Shown here: in pieces, positions 26,376 through 37,843 of the stretch
Layout: every line of letters starts with the position of its first letter
Numbering within the stretch: position 1 is the stretch's first letter
Source: Dendrobates tinctorius
Taxonomy: Eukaryota
Direction of reading: 5' to 3'
Assembly: GCF_039654945.1 (NCBI RefSeq)
Contig: NW_027361997.1
Location: forward strand, 2,108,001-2,172,000
Length of the DNA: 64,000 nucleotides
The notes under the pieces: generated by a model
Databases searched by the model: none
What the model saw: only the letters and a program-made list of their open reading frames with translations
What the model was told of the DNA's origin: nothing
Program-made: the position numbers and the translations under genes

Positions 26376-28400
26376 AGGACACTATGGCTGTCACTATACA
26401 GGAGGGGAGAGTAAGACCCTGTACTGGGATATTATGTATAGTGAGGGAGGACACTATGGCTGTCACTATACAGGAGGGGAGAGTAAGACCCTGTACTGGG
26501 ATGTTATGTATAGTGAGGGAGGACACTATGGCTGTCACTATACAGGAGGGGAGAGTAAGACCCTGTACTGGGATGTTATGTATAGTGAGGGAGGACACTA
26601 TGGCTGTCACTATACAGGAGGGGAGAGTAAGACCCTGTACTGGGATATTATGTATAGTGAGGGAGGACACTATGGCTGTCACTATACAGGAGGGGAGAGT
26701 AAGACCCTGTACTGGGAGATTATGTATAGTGAGGGAGGACACTATGGCTGTCACTATACAGGAGGGGAGAGTAAGACCCTGTACTGGGATATTATGTATA
26801 GTGAGGGGGGGCATGATGGCTGTCACTATACAGGAGGGGAGAGCAAGACCCTGTACTGGGATATTATGTATAGTGAGGGAGGACACTATGGCTGTCACTA
26901 TACAGGAGGGGAGAGTAAGACCCTGTACTGGGATATTATGTATAGTGAGGGAGGACATGATGGTGGCCAATATACAGGAGGAGAGGGAACACCTTGCACA
27001 TGGATACTGTATGTGTGGTGCAGCAGGACACTATGGCTGTCACTATACAGGAGGGGAGAGTAAGACCCTGTACTGGGATATTATGTATAGTGAGGGGGGA
27101 CATGATGGCTGTCACTATACAGGAGGGGAGAGCAAGACCCTGTACTGGGATATTATGTATAGTGAGGGGGGACATGATGGCTGTCACTATACAGGAGGGG
27201 AGAGTAAGACCCTGTACTGGGATATTATGTATAGTGAGGGAGGACACTATGGCTGTCACTATACAGGAGGGGAGAGTAAGACCCTGTACTGGGATATTAT
27301 GTATCGTGAGGGAGGACACTATGGCTGTCACTCTACAGGAGGGGAGAGTAAGACCTTGTACTGGGATATTATGTATAGTGAGGGGGGACATGATGGCTGT
27401 CACTATACAGGAGGGGAGAGCAAGACCCTGTACTGGGATATTATGTATAGTGAGGGAGGACACTATGGCTGTCACTCTACAGGAGGGGAGAGTAAGACCC
27501 TGTACTGGGATATTATGTATAGTGAGGGGGGACATGATGGCTGTCACTATACAGGAGGGGAGAGCAAGACCCTGTACTGGGATATTATGTATAGTGAGGG
27601 AGGACACTATGGCTGTCACTATACAGGAGGGGAGAGTAAGACCCTGTACTGGGATATTATGTATAGTGAGGGGGGACATGATGGCTGTCACTATACAGGA
27701 GGTGAGAGTATGACCCTGTACTGGGATATTATGTATCGTGAGGGGGACATGATGGCTGTCACTATACAGGAGGGGAGCGTAAGACCCTGTACTGGGATGT
27801 TATGTATAGTGAGGGAGGACACGATGGCTGTCACTATACAGGAGGGGAGCGTAAGACCCTGTACTGGGATATTATGTATAGTGAGGGAGGACTCTATGGC
27901 TGACACTATACAGGAGGGGAGAGCAAGACCCTGTACTGGGATATTATGTATAGTGAGGGGGGACATGATGGTTGTCACTATACAGGAGGGCAGAGTAAGA
28001 CCCTGTACTGGGATATTATGTATAGTGAGGGGGGACATGATGGCTGTTACTATACAGGAGGGGAGAGCAAGACCCTGTACTGGGATATTATGTATAGTGA
28101 GGGAGGACACTATGGCTGTCACTATACAGGAGGGGAGCGTAAGACCTTGTACTGGGATATTATGTATAGTGAGGGAGGACAATATGGTTGTCACTATACA
28201 GGAGGGGAGAGTAAGACCCTGTACTGGGATATTATGTATAGTGAGGGAGGACATGATGGCTGTACTGGGATATTACATAGATAGTGAGGGAGGACACGAT
28301 GGCTGTCACTATACAGGAGGGGAGAGTAAGACCCTGCACTGGGATATTATATGTATAGTGAGGGAGGACATAATGGCTGTGACTATACATGAGAAGAGTA
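26376..28400. repeat. 72-bp minisatellite
   Basis: Unit GGACACTATGGCTGTCACTATACAGGAGGGGAGAGTAAGACCCTGTACTGGGATATTATGTATAGTGAGGGA, roughly 27 copies, with degenerate copies on both flanks. Confidence 0.95.
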
Positions 28401-28431
28401 AGGCCCTGCCCAGGGATGCTGTATGTGTAGT

Positions 28432-28667
28432 CAGGGCTGTGCAGTTGGCAAATCAAACCACCGACTCCTCAATTTCCCTGACTTCCGACTCCATTTCTGA
28501 CTCTATGGCTCCGACTCCACAGTACTGCAGAACAGACAATTATAGGACACTTCAGAAGTTTCCCATATTATGAAAACAGTTACAGCACATCCCGTACTGA
28601 ACCCAATTTATTTATTTTAGGAGTCTGAGTCGACTCCACCAAAATAGACTCTGACTCCACAGCCCTG
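28432..28667. mobile_element. hAT-type MITE
   Basis: TIR CAGGGCTGTG / CACAGCCCTG and 8-bp TSD TGTGTAGT (28424-28431, 28668-28675). Confidence 0.85.
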
Positions 28668-29188
28668 TGTGTAGTGAGGCAGGACATTGTCACTATACAG
28701 GAAGGGGAGAGGAGGCCCTGCACAGAGATGCATGTGTTGTGAGGGATGACATGATGGTTGCCACAAGGCTCTCCTTTCTCATCCCAAAGTCTTCCTTCAG
28801 GTAAATATACAATATGCACATGTATATATGGGATAGGCGCCCCTTCCTCTGTATTCTGCACATATTACATGTACATTCCCCTATATCAAGCACAGAGAAT
28901 AGAGTATACAGTTGTATATATGAGAATGGAGGAGCAAGGAATTTAGCATATAGGTGTGGCATAAATGATGTAGTCAATAAATCTGTATATAAAATTACAC
29001 ACAAAATGATGCACAGGGCAAAAAAAGGACAGTCGGTATAATGCCAATAGGAAAGAGGACAGAAAAACAAACCGTCCAAAGAAGCCCAGTATAGACAAGA
29101 GTGTATTCAATTATAAATTAGCTTTATTAAGAAGGCAACAATGAGAATTACAAAAATTACATGGATGCAGGGACGCACACCCAGATTT

Positions 29189-29222
<34 letters not shown>

Positions 29223-29506
29223 TTGCGACAGGGAGTCAGTAATACAGAATAAGGTACAGTGCCAGTAATTGTGTATATATAGTGTAAGATATATAGCAAT
29301 CAAATGTGGCATGTCACATAAATTACTGGTAACAAAATGCAAAAGTGCCCAAAGTAAATTGTCGATGCAGAATAATTAAATGATAGTGGGGGCTGTACTT
29401 ACTGCACTGACTGTAGGAAGTGGATGAGGAGTCCCTGCTGAGTGGAGTTTACCTCTGTGTGTTTTAGATATTGCCTTCATCAGCCCAGACTGACTGTTCA
29501 AACTAA

Positions 29507-30369
29507 GGGTACCGTTGCACCAGCGATATGACGCGGTCAGGATCGCTGGTGCATCGCTAGGTGGTCGCTAGTGAGCTGCCACACAGGCAGATCTCACCAG
29601 CGACATCCCTGGGGACGGGGATCGCTACATACCTGTCAGACGCGGCGATCCTGACGTCCTCCCGCCCGGCTCCACGCGTCGCTCGTCGGTGCCACAGGAA
29701 GCCCAGCAGGAAGTGGCCGACGAGGAATGGTCCAGGAGCTTCTCGCGCGATCAGCGATAACCAGCGGGGGAGCGGTCGGAGGTAAGTATCACATGCAGCG
29801 ATATCGCTAGCAATATCGCTATAACGTCACAAAATCGGTGACTTTACAGCGATATTGCTAGCGAGATTGCAGTGTGTAACGGGGGCTTAAAGCCCCCGTC
29901 ACACACAGTGATCTCGCTAGGGAGATTGCTGCTGAGTCACAAGTTTTGTGACGCAACAGCGATCTCACCAGCGAGATCGCTGTGTGTGACACCTATCAGC
30001 GACCGCCCCCCCCCCCCGCTGGGTATCGCCGATCGTGCTGGAATGGCCAGGACATTTTTTTGGTCGCTGGTCTCCCGCTGGCCAGCATGCATCGCTGCGT
30101 GTGGCGAGCAGGAACTTGTAACCAAGGTAAACAGCGGGTTTCTAAGTGCTGTGCGGCACTTAGAAACCCGCTGTTTACCTTGGTTACCAGCTCCCTGCAT
30201 TAGCGCGCTGGTAACTAAGGTACACAGCGACGCCAGCGCTCGTTGTCGCTGGTGCTGATTGCTGGTGAAGCTGCCTGTTTGGCTGCTCACCAGCGATCAT
30301 GTAGCGACACACCAGCGATCCTGACAAGTTGATATCGTTGTCGGGATCGCTGGTGAGTCGCTATGGCCC
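29507..30369. mobile_element. Two adjacent related MITEs (29507-29887 and 29891-30369)
   Basis: Arrangement TAA-A-TAA-B-TAA. Junction GTGTAACGGGGGCT-TAA-AGCCCCCGTCACAC. Internal AGCGA/TCGCT palindromic motifs. Confidence 0.65.
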
Positions 30370-31604
30370 TAAGTCCCACTTCTTGGTGCATCACGGCAGG
30401 GTCAATCACTTAAATACACCTCTACACCTGCTTGTTTTTCCTCATTATCTACCCCCCTCCTCTCTGACAGCTTTGGTTTCATAGAGCCAGAGAAGGATGG
30501 AGATAGAAACCAAGCATGTGGGAAGGTGTAGTTAAATGATTGACCTGCCATGATGCACCAAGCGCCTGTACTTTGAACAGTCATTCTGTGCTGTTGAGTC
30601 CCATTAACGACATTGGCTGTAGGGAGTAGTCACGTTCTACGTTGTATGTGCAGGGTGAAACGGTGGTGGTGGGAGTGATTCACTGTGGGGATAGTATACT
30701 TAATGTGAGTGTTGGTGGGGGCATTTTTATAAGCATTCTCTATAATGGCCATAAAAGGGGTATCGCTATTGAGAATACTAAGGGGCTTCAATAGGGAAAT
30801 AATTGCTGTGCGCTTGTGAAAGTATTTCTCCCTCCTCCTTGGCATTTTTCATGTTATGCTACCTCACAATCTGGTTGTCTTTTTTACCCTTCGCCACGAC
30901 AGCACCCACTGGAGGTAGCGGGATCCGCCCCATAGGAACAGGAAACCTACAGAAAGATAAAAGGGGGCAGTCCGCGTCTCCTCCTCCATTTTGGGTTTCC
31001 TGTTCCTTGGGGAACTTCTGGAAGAAACCTTTGGAAAGATGTACCTGGGTCAGTGCATGCCGCCTGTGCGGTGTCCGTGAGAACGGCAGGGGCTGCGGTC
31101 CAGAAGCAGTGTCGGGGGAGTTTCCGTTAGACGGCTTCCCCCTCGTCTGGTAGGATGGATGGGGCAATGACCATGTCCAGGGGGGCCGCCCGGTCTCACC
31201 CAGGAGCTCACCGGGTGCGCTGCATGGAGCCAAGAGGACGCTCGGCGGCGACTCTGGGATCAGGAAGAGCCGCTGCAGTGGGAGCGGTAAGAGCGCCAGT
31301 GGTGCAGAAGAAAAATAAAAAGATGCAGCAGCGGCTTTCCGGGCGGAGGACGCGGCCCGGGGTACAGAGCGGGCCTGCGCATTTGCCGCCTGACGTGGTT
31401 TCTCCAGGCCCCGGAAGTAATGAGTGAACTTCCAGGGCATAATGGCTGAGGTGCAGGGCGCTACTGCGCAGGCGCGAAGCACGCGATTTGACCCGGAACT
31501 AGAGGGGACTTCCGGGTCGGTGCAGAGGGGATAGGAAAAAAAAAAAAGAAAAAGAGGCTGAAGCCCTATTTAATCGAACGCCGCACAGCAGTTGGCGGTG
31601 AATC

Positions 31605-33068
31605 ATGTCATCCCCAGGAGACGCGCATCCTCTAGCAGGAGACTCTGCCGGTGGGGGCACATCCCGAGACCGCTCTGGCAGGACATCCACGGACACCGCT
31701 CGCAGGAGTGACGCAGGAGTCTCGAGATCCAGGACTGGACCTCTGCCATCTGATCCGGTACCTTAAGCTTCACTGGGTGAGTGCGCAAAAGATACTTTGC
31801 CTATTAAGCTGACACCCCCCTTTTTTCTCGCCATCCCCCCCCCCCCCCCCTCCTCTTTCCAGGCTAAGAAAAAAGAGGAATCCAAACACAAAGAATGCGC
31901 TCAGTCTCTACCTGACTCCTACCCCAAAAAGCTCTGCAAGCGATGCATTAGGGAGACAAGACAGGGAGCCGCAGTGTCATCTAAGGACATACGGACTATC
32001 ATTAGGGAGGAACTACAGGCTATTGCCCATGCTAGAACTCCCTCAGAGAGCAGGAGCAAAAAACAAGTAACCCTCAGCTCAGATACGGAGGAGGAACAAG
32101 AACTAGCCTCAGACTCCTCGCTCACGTCCTCATCATCAGAAATTGAGGGACGGTCATGTTTCCCCCTGGATAGTGTGTACAACTTGGTTAAATCCGTAAG
32201 AAACACTATGGGGTGTGAGGAGACAAAAAGCGCCCAAACCACGCAAGATATAATGTTTGCGGGTTTGGCGGAAAGGAAAAGGAGAGCTTTTCCGGTAATA
32301 CCGGCAATTAAGGCCCTAATAAAGAGAGAGTGAGAAAAACATGATCAGAGAAGTTTTCTCCCATCGGCCTCAAAAAGGAAATATCCATTTAGCGATGACT
32401 AACTTCTAAAATGGACAAAAATTCCTAAGGTTGATGCTGCGGTAGCCTCCACCTCTAAACAATCTACTCTGCCAGTAGAGGATGCGGGCTTACTGTCCGA
32501 CCCACTTGACCGTAAAGCGGAGTCATCATTAAAGAGGTCATGGGAAGCAACAACGGGCATTTTTAAACCAGCAGTAGCTAGCACATGCACCGCCAGATCA
32601 ATGCTCGTATGGTTAGACCAATTGGACCAACAAATTGAGCAGAAGGTGTCTAGGGAAAAACTACATGCCGCTATACCATTAATTAGAGGAGCAGCAGCCT
32701 TTATGGCCGATGCATCTGCAGACACCCTACGCCTAGCAGCAAGATCGGCGGGTCTGGTGAACAGTGCCAGGCGGGCACTTTGTGCGTCCCCCTTCCAGCT
32801 TTTCATCCAATCGAAATCTAAGATCTGCGCGATCCCGTGCGAGGGTGAGTTTGTCTTTGGGAAAGCCCTAGATGACCTACTCACCAAAGCTAAAGAAAGG
32901 AAGAAGGCTTTCCATGACCCCTCTATCCCTTTCTACAGGAGAGCTTTTAAGAGGCGGCCGTTTGGAATGAGGAGACAAACGGATAGGTGAACAAGATGGC
33001 CCACTAAAGAAGAAAAGCAAAAGGGTAGCATGTTTAGAAGCTCAAACTTCCAAAAAGAAAAATACTGA
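31605..33068 (+). pseudogene. DIRS-A gag-like ORF1 (Cys motif plus LAP2alpha-like region)
   Basis: Highly similar to 62670-63596 (CFPLD..NLVKSVRNTMGC, PKVDAAVAS, DPLDRKAE). Several stops. Confidence 0.8.
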
Positions 33069-33069
33069 A

Positions 33070-35910
33070 CAATCAGTCCCCCAAGTAGGGGGTAGACTAA
33101 AATTTTATTTTCTAAAATGGGGGGGGGGGAAAATAACATCAAGCTCGTGGATTCTGAAAATAATCAAAGAAGGAATAAAGTTAGAATTCCTTCATATTCC
33201 CCACAACTCATTTATTATAACCTCCCATAACTCAACAATACAACAAAAAGCCCTCAAAATAGAAATTCGGAGTCTACTATAGTCTTCTATCCAAGAGGGT
33301 CTTAGTTAAAGTCCCAGAGGGACAAGAGGGTAGAGGGTTTTACTCTCCCTTTTTTTTTTTTTTTTTTGTTCCTGAACCTGATGGTACGTTTAGAACAATC
33401 ATAAATCTAAAAAGACTTATTACATTTCCCTCTTTCCCCCATCTCACAGATCTTCCTTACCCGACCTTTCTATAACAATTGACAACATCACGCTTTCCCC
33501 CGTACCGGAGGTCCGTTGCCTCGGCGTAACCCTTAACTCTGCCCTGTCCTTCAAACCGCACATCCAAGCTCTCTCCACCTACTGTCGCCTCCAGCTCAAA
33601 AATATTTCCAGAATCCGTTCCTTCCTCAACCCTCAATCTACTAAAATGCTTGTGCATGCCCTCATCATCTCCTGCCTCGACTATTGCAACATCCTTTTCT
33701 GTGGCCTCCCTGCTAACACTCTTGCACCTCTCCAGTCCATTCTCAACTCTGCCGCCCGACTAATTCATCTCTCTCCTCGCTACTCCTCCACTTCACCCCT
33801 CTGCAAATCTCTTCACTGGCTCCCATTCCCTCAGCATATCCAGTTCAAATTAATAATACTGACCTACAAGGCCATCTACAACCTGTCTCCTCCATACATC
33901 TCTGAACTAATCTCCAGATACCTTCCGTCAAGGAATCTCCGGTCCTCCCAAGACCTCCTTCTCTCCTCCACACTTATTCGCTCCTCACCCAACCGCCTCC
34001 AAGACTTTTCCCGAATAGCCCCCATCCTCTGGAATTCCCTCCCCCAACACGTCCGGTTATCAACCACACTCGGCTCCTTCAGACAGAACCTGAAAACCCA
34101 CCTCTTCAGGAAAGCCTGCAGTGATCCCCGCTGCCTCCTCGCCACTACTGGAGCTACCGCCTCACCATCACTGGAACTGCTGCAACCCCCCAACCTACTG
34201 TCTCCTTCCCCACCATCCTGTGGCATGTAAGCTCGAAAGGGCAGGGTCCTCTCTCCCCTCTATATCAGTCTGTGATTGTTAGTTTGTTTGCTGTAAGTGA
34301 TATCTGTAATCTGTATGTAACCCCTTCTCATGTACAGCACCATGGAACCAATGGGGCTATATAAATAAATAATAATTTATAAAAAAATTATAAATTTAAA
34401 ATGGAATCAATCAGGTCCACCATTAGACTTCTTTTCCCAAACTGTGTAATGGCAGGCATTGACTTGAAAGATGCTAAAGATGCTTACTATCATCTTCCTA
34501 TTCATGACAGATACCAAAGATACCTAAGGGTCGCAGTAGCATTCGAAGGCAAGATCCATCACTTTCAGTATACGGCCATGCCCTTCGGTCTCTCTACAGC
34601 GCCAAGAATTTTCACCGAGGTGATGGCCTATCCTCGTCAAAAAGACACCTTGATCGTGCCTTACCTTGATGACTTTTTAGTTATCGGGAACTCAATTAAC
34701 CAGAGTGAGAGACGTGTGGCTGATACGGTCTCATCTTTACAGGATCTAGGCTGGATCCTCAATTTCCAGACTTGTTTCACTCTCCTTCCATAAGTTTTTA
34801 GGGTTCCAGTTAGACTCTACGTCCCAGAGGTGTCTACTTCCACAGGTAAAGATTATGCTCATTATAAATAAGGTTAGAGCAGCACTGGACAGACCACAAA
34901 TGTCTCTGAGAGAAGCAATGTCGCTATTGGGGTCGTTTACCTCTTGCACCCCGGCAGTTCAGTGGGCCCAATATCACATCCGCACATTGCAACATCACAT
35001 CCTCCAACAGGACAGACGGCACGGCGGTCACCTCGAGAGCAAGATAACCCTATCTCAGGAAGTCTTGGCCTCTCTAGAATGGTGGCTAGACAGTAACCAT
35101 TTGACCGCGGGAGTTCCATGTGTAATATCCCCATCCCATACTTTAACCACTGACGCTAGCCCCCACGGTTGGGGAGCGTATATGGGGAATAGCTACGGTC
35201 AGGGAATGTGGATTAAGGAGGAACTACAGTACTCGTCCTACTTAAAGTAGCTGACAGCAGTAGATTATGCATTACATCATTTTCTTCCACAGCTCCAACA
35301 GACACATGTCAGGATCTTATCGGACAACACCACCACAGTGGCGTATATAAACAGACAGAGAGGTACTCGATCAGAGACTCTGATGTCTTCCGTGGCAAGA
35401 ATCTTAAGCTTAGCTGAAAATTATTTGTCCCTTTCTGCCCTCCACATCAAGGGGAAGAATAACCAAGAAGCAGACTTCTTAAGCCGACATACACTTCGGC
35501 AAGGGGAGTGGCGCCTCAATCATCGCGTCTTCAAGGACATAATAGCTCTATGGGGGCAGCCTCAAGTAGACCTCTTTGCCACGAAAGAAAACAGACAAAT
35601 AAAAACATTTGCCTCCCTGTCCTTGTCGGATCATCCAGACATACTAGACGCCCTTCAGGTTCCATAGAAATTCGACCTAGCATACGCCTTCCCTCCGATA
35701 ATCCTTCTACCTCAGGTCATTCGGAAAATCAGAGAGGACAAGGCGAGAATAATTTTAATAGCGCCATTCTGGCCGAAGAGACCGTGGTTCTCATGGCTAC
35801 GACAAATGTCGATATCAGATTCTTGGGTCCTCCCTTCGATCCCCAACCTACTCTCCCAGGGCCCTTTTTTCCACCCCCAAGTGAACAGCTTACACTTGAC
35901 GGCGTGGAAT
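33070..35910 (+). pseudogene. DIRS-A RT / RNase H / adenine-methyltransferase-like ORF
   Basis: VGGRL, IDLKDA..YYHLPI, PFGLSTAPRIF, PYLDDFL, TTDASPHGWGA, VDLFAT and YAFPP motifs. Interrupted by an L2 fragment. Confidence 0.9.
33421..34375 (+). mobile_element. 5'-truncated L2 (CR1/L2 group) LINE
   Basis: LVHALIISCLDYCN...LHWLP...FSRIAPILWNSLP...LKTHLF, followed by a (TAAA/TAA) tail. Confidence 0.9.
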
Positions 35911-37311
35911 TTGAGAGGCAGCTACTAAAATCAAGAGTGTTTTCTGAGACTCTAATTGCTACACTCTTGCAGAGCAGGAAGCAGTCCACTACTCAGATAT
36001 ACACGAAAATATGGAAGAAATTTCTGCAGTTCCATACAGCCTCTCATTCCACAGAAATCCCAATAGTTCCTGTCTTGGAATTTCTACAAAAATGGAAGGA
36101 TCTAGGTCTGGCAATAAATACAATAAAAGTCCAAGTGTCTGCATTAGGAGCACTTTACGGCCATAATATAGCAGGGAATAAGTGGGTGTCCCGTTTTATT
36201 ACAGCTTGTGAACGAATGACACCTGTACACATACCTAGAATCCCTTCTTGGGACTTAAATTTGGTCCTAGACGCTCTAACAGAAGCCCGTTTTGAACCAA
36301 TAGACACTGTATTTCCAAAATACTTGTCACTCAAAACGGCCCTCTTAGTAGCACTGACATCTGCGAGGAGAGTTAGCGACATTCAGACTCTATCCATAGA
36401 TCCACTCTTTTTTTTCAGATATATCAGGACAGGTTGATTCTAAAACCAGACCCCTCGTACCTTCCTAAGGTATCAGCAAAATTCCATAGATCGCAAGAGA
36501 TACTCCTCCCCACTTTCTTCAGGGACCCCTCCACTCCTGAAGAACAGAAATTTCACACCCTGGACGTTAGGAGAACTGTCTTAAAATACAATGAGGCTAT
36601 GTGCCCACGTTGTGTGTTAAAACGCACACTGAAAACCGGACTCCTTCCCAGAAATCGCGCGTTTTTTTCCGCGCAATTCTGTTCGCGATTTTGCCACGAT
36701 TTTCTCAAGCACTTTCCAAGCGATTTGAAGCATCGCTTGGAAAGTGACAGGTTGGTCACACTCGTCAAACATAGTGTTTGACAAGTGTGAGTAGCTTTTT
36801 ACTATTGAGGCCGCCTATGCGGCTTCAATAGTAAAAGATAAAATGATAAAAAAATAAAAAATCGGGGTATATTTACCTTCCGACGTCCCGCACTGCCATC
36901 CCGGGCCTCAGCGTTCCCAGTAATGCCTTGCGAGACCTGTGATGATGTTGGTCTCGCGTTACTATAGCGATCTCGTGAGACCACGTCATCACAGGACCTT
37001 GCCACAAGGCATTACTGGGAACGCTTAGGCCGGGAATGCAGCGCGGGACGTCGGAAGGTAAATATACCCCGATTTTTTTTAATTTTTTTATTTTTATTTT
37101 TTTTTCTCTTTTTTTACAGGGGTATGGTACCCAGGGCCTGGAGGACAGTCTCCTCTCCTCCACAACGTGGGTACCAACTGCACATGAGACGCTTAACTTC
37201 CCGCATGGTGGGCATAGCCACATGCGGGAAGTAAGCGATTCTCATGCATTCCTATGGTTGCGGAATCACGGCAATTCTTTGCGATTCCGCACAAAAGAAT
37301 GATCATGCTGC

Positions 37312-37344
<33 letters not shown>

Positions 37345-37843
37345 CCCGCGATGCGATTCCGCCGCAGAAAAAAGCGCAGCATTAGCACAGCATGTGCGGA
37401 ATGCCATAGGAATGCATGGGGGGGCATCCTGTACACTATTTTTAAACGTTTTTGCGGCAAAAACGCTTAAAAATCGCATCGTGGGCACACGGCCTCAAAG
37501 ATCCAGGCGCTGGAGGCAGTGTAGGGCTCTGTTCATATCCTTTCAGGGCTGTAAAAAGTGGTTCGGAGTCACGAAGAGCACCTTATCCCGATGGATCAAG
37601 GATGACATCCGATTAGCCTACTCCGCGAGAAATGAAGATCCTCCGGAGAGCATCAAGGCGCATTCCACTAGAGCAATTGCATCTTGTGCTGAGAGGGGAG
37701 ACGTTCCAATCGAAGCCATATGTAAAGCGGCAATTTTGTCAACCCCTTCTACCTTCTATAATCACTATAGACTCGACCTATTGTCAACTGCTGACCTAAG
37801 CTTTGGCAGGACTGTACTTGGCACGGTGGTCCCACCCAGGTGA
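35910..37843 (+). pseudogene. DIRS-A tyrosine recombinase
   Basis: LVALTSARRVSDI, AHSTRA and TFYNHYRLD catalytic motifs. The frame rejoins as KYNE|RSRR after removing the MITE at 36595-37494. Confidence 0.9.
36595..37494. mobile_element. PIF/Harbinger-type MITE inside the YR gene
   Basis: TIR GGCTATGTGCCCACG / CGTGGGCACACGGCC, 3-bp flanks TGA/TCA and an internal palindrome ~36840-37100. Confidence 0.8.

Noticed and set aside
26047-28573. 752-aa and other repetitive ORFs containing C/H motifs
   Set aside because: They derive from the 72-bp minisatellite. The spacing does not fit C2H2 fingers, and frames switch at indels.
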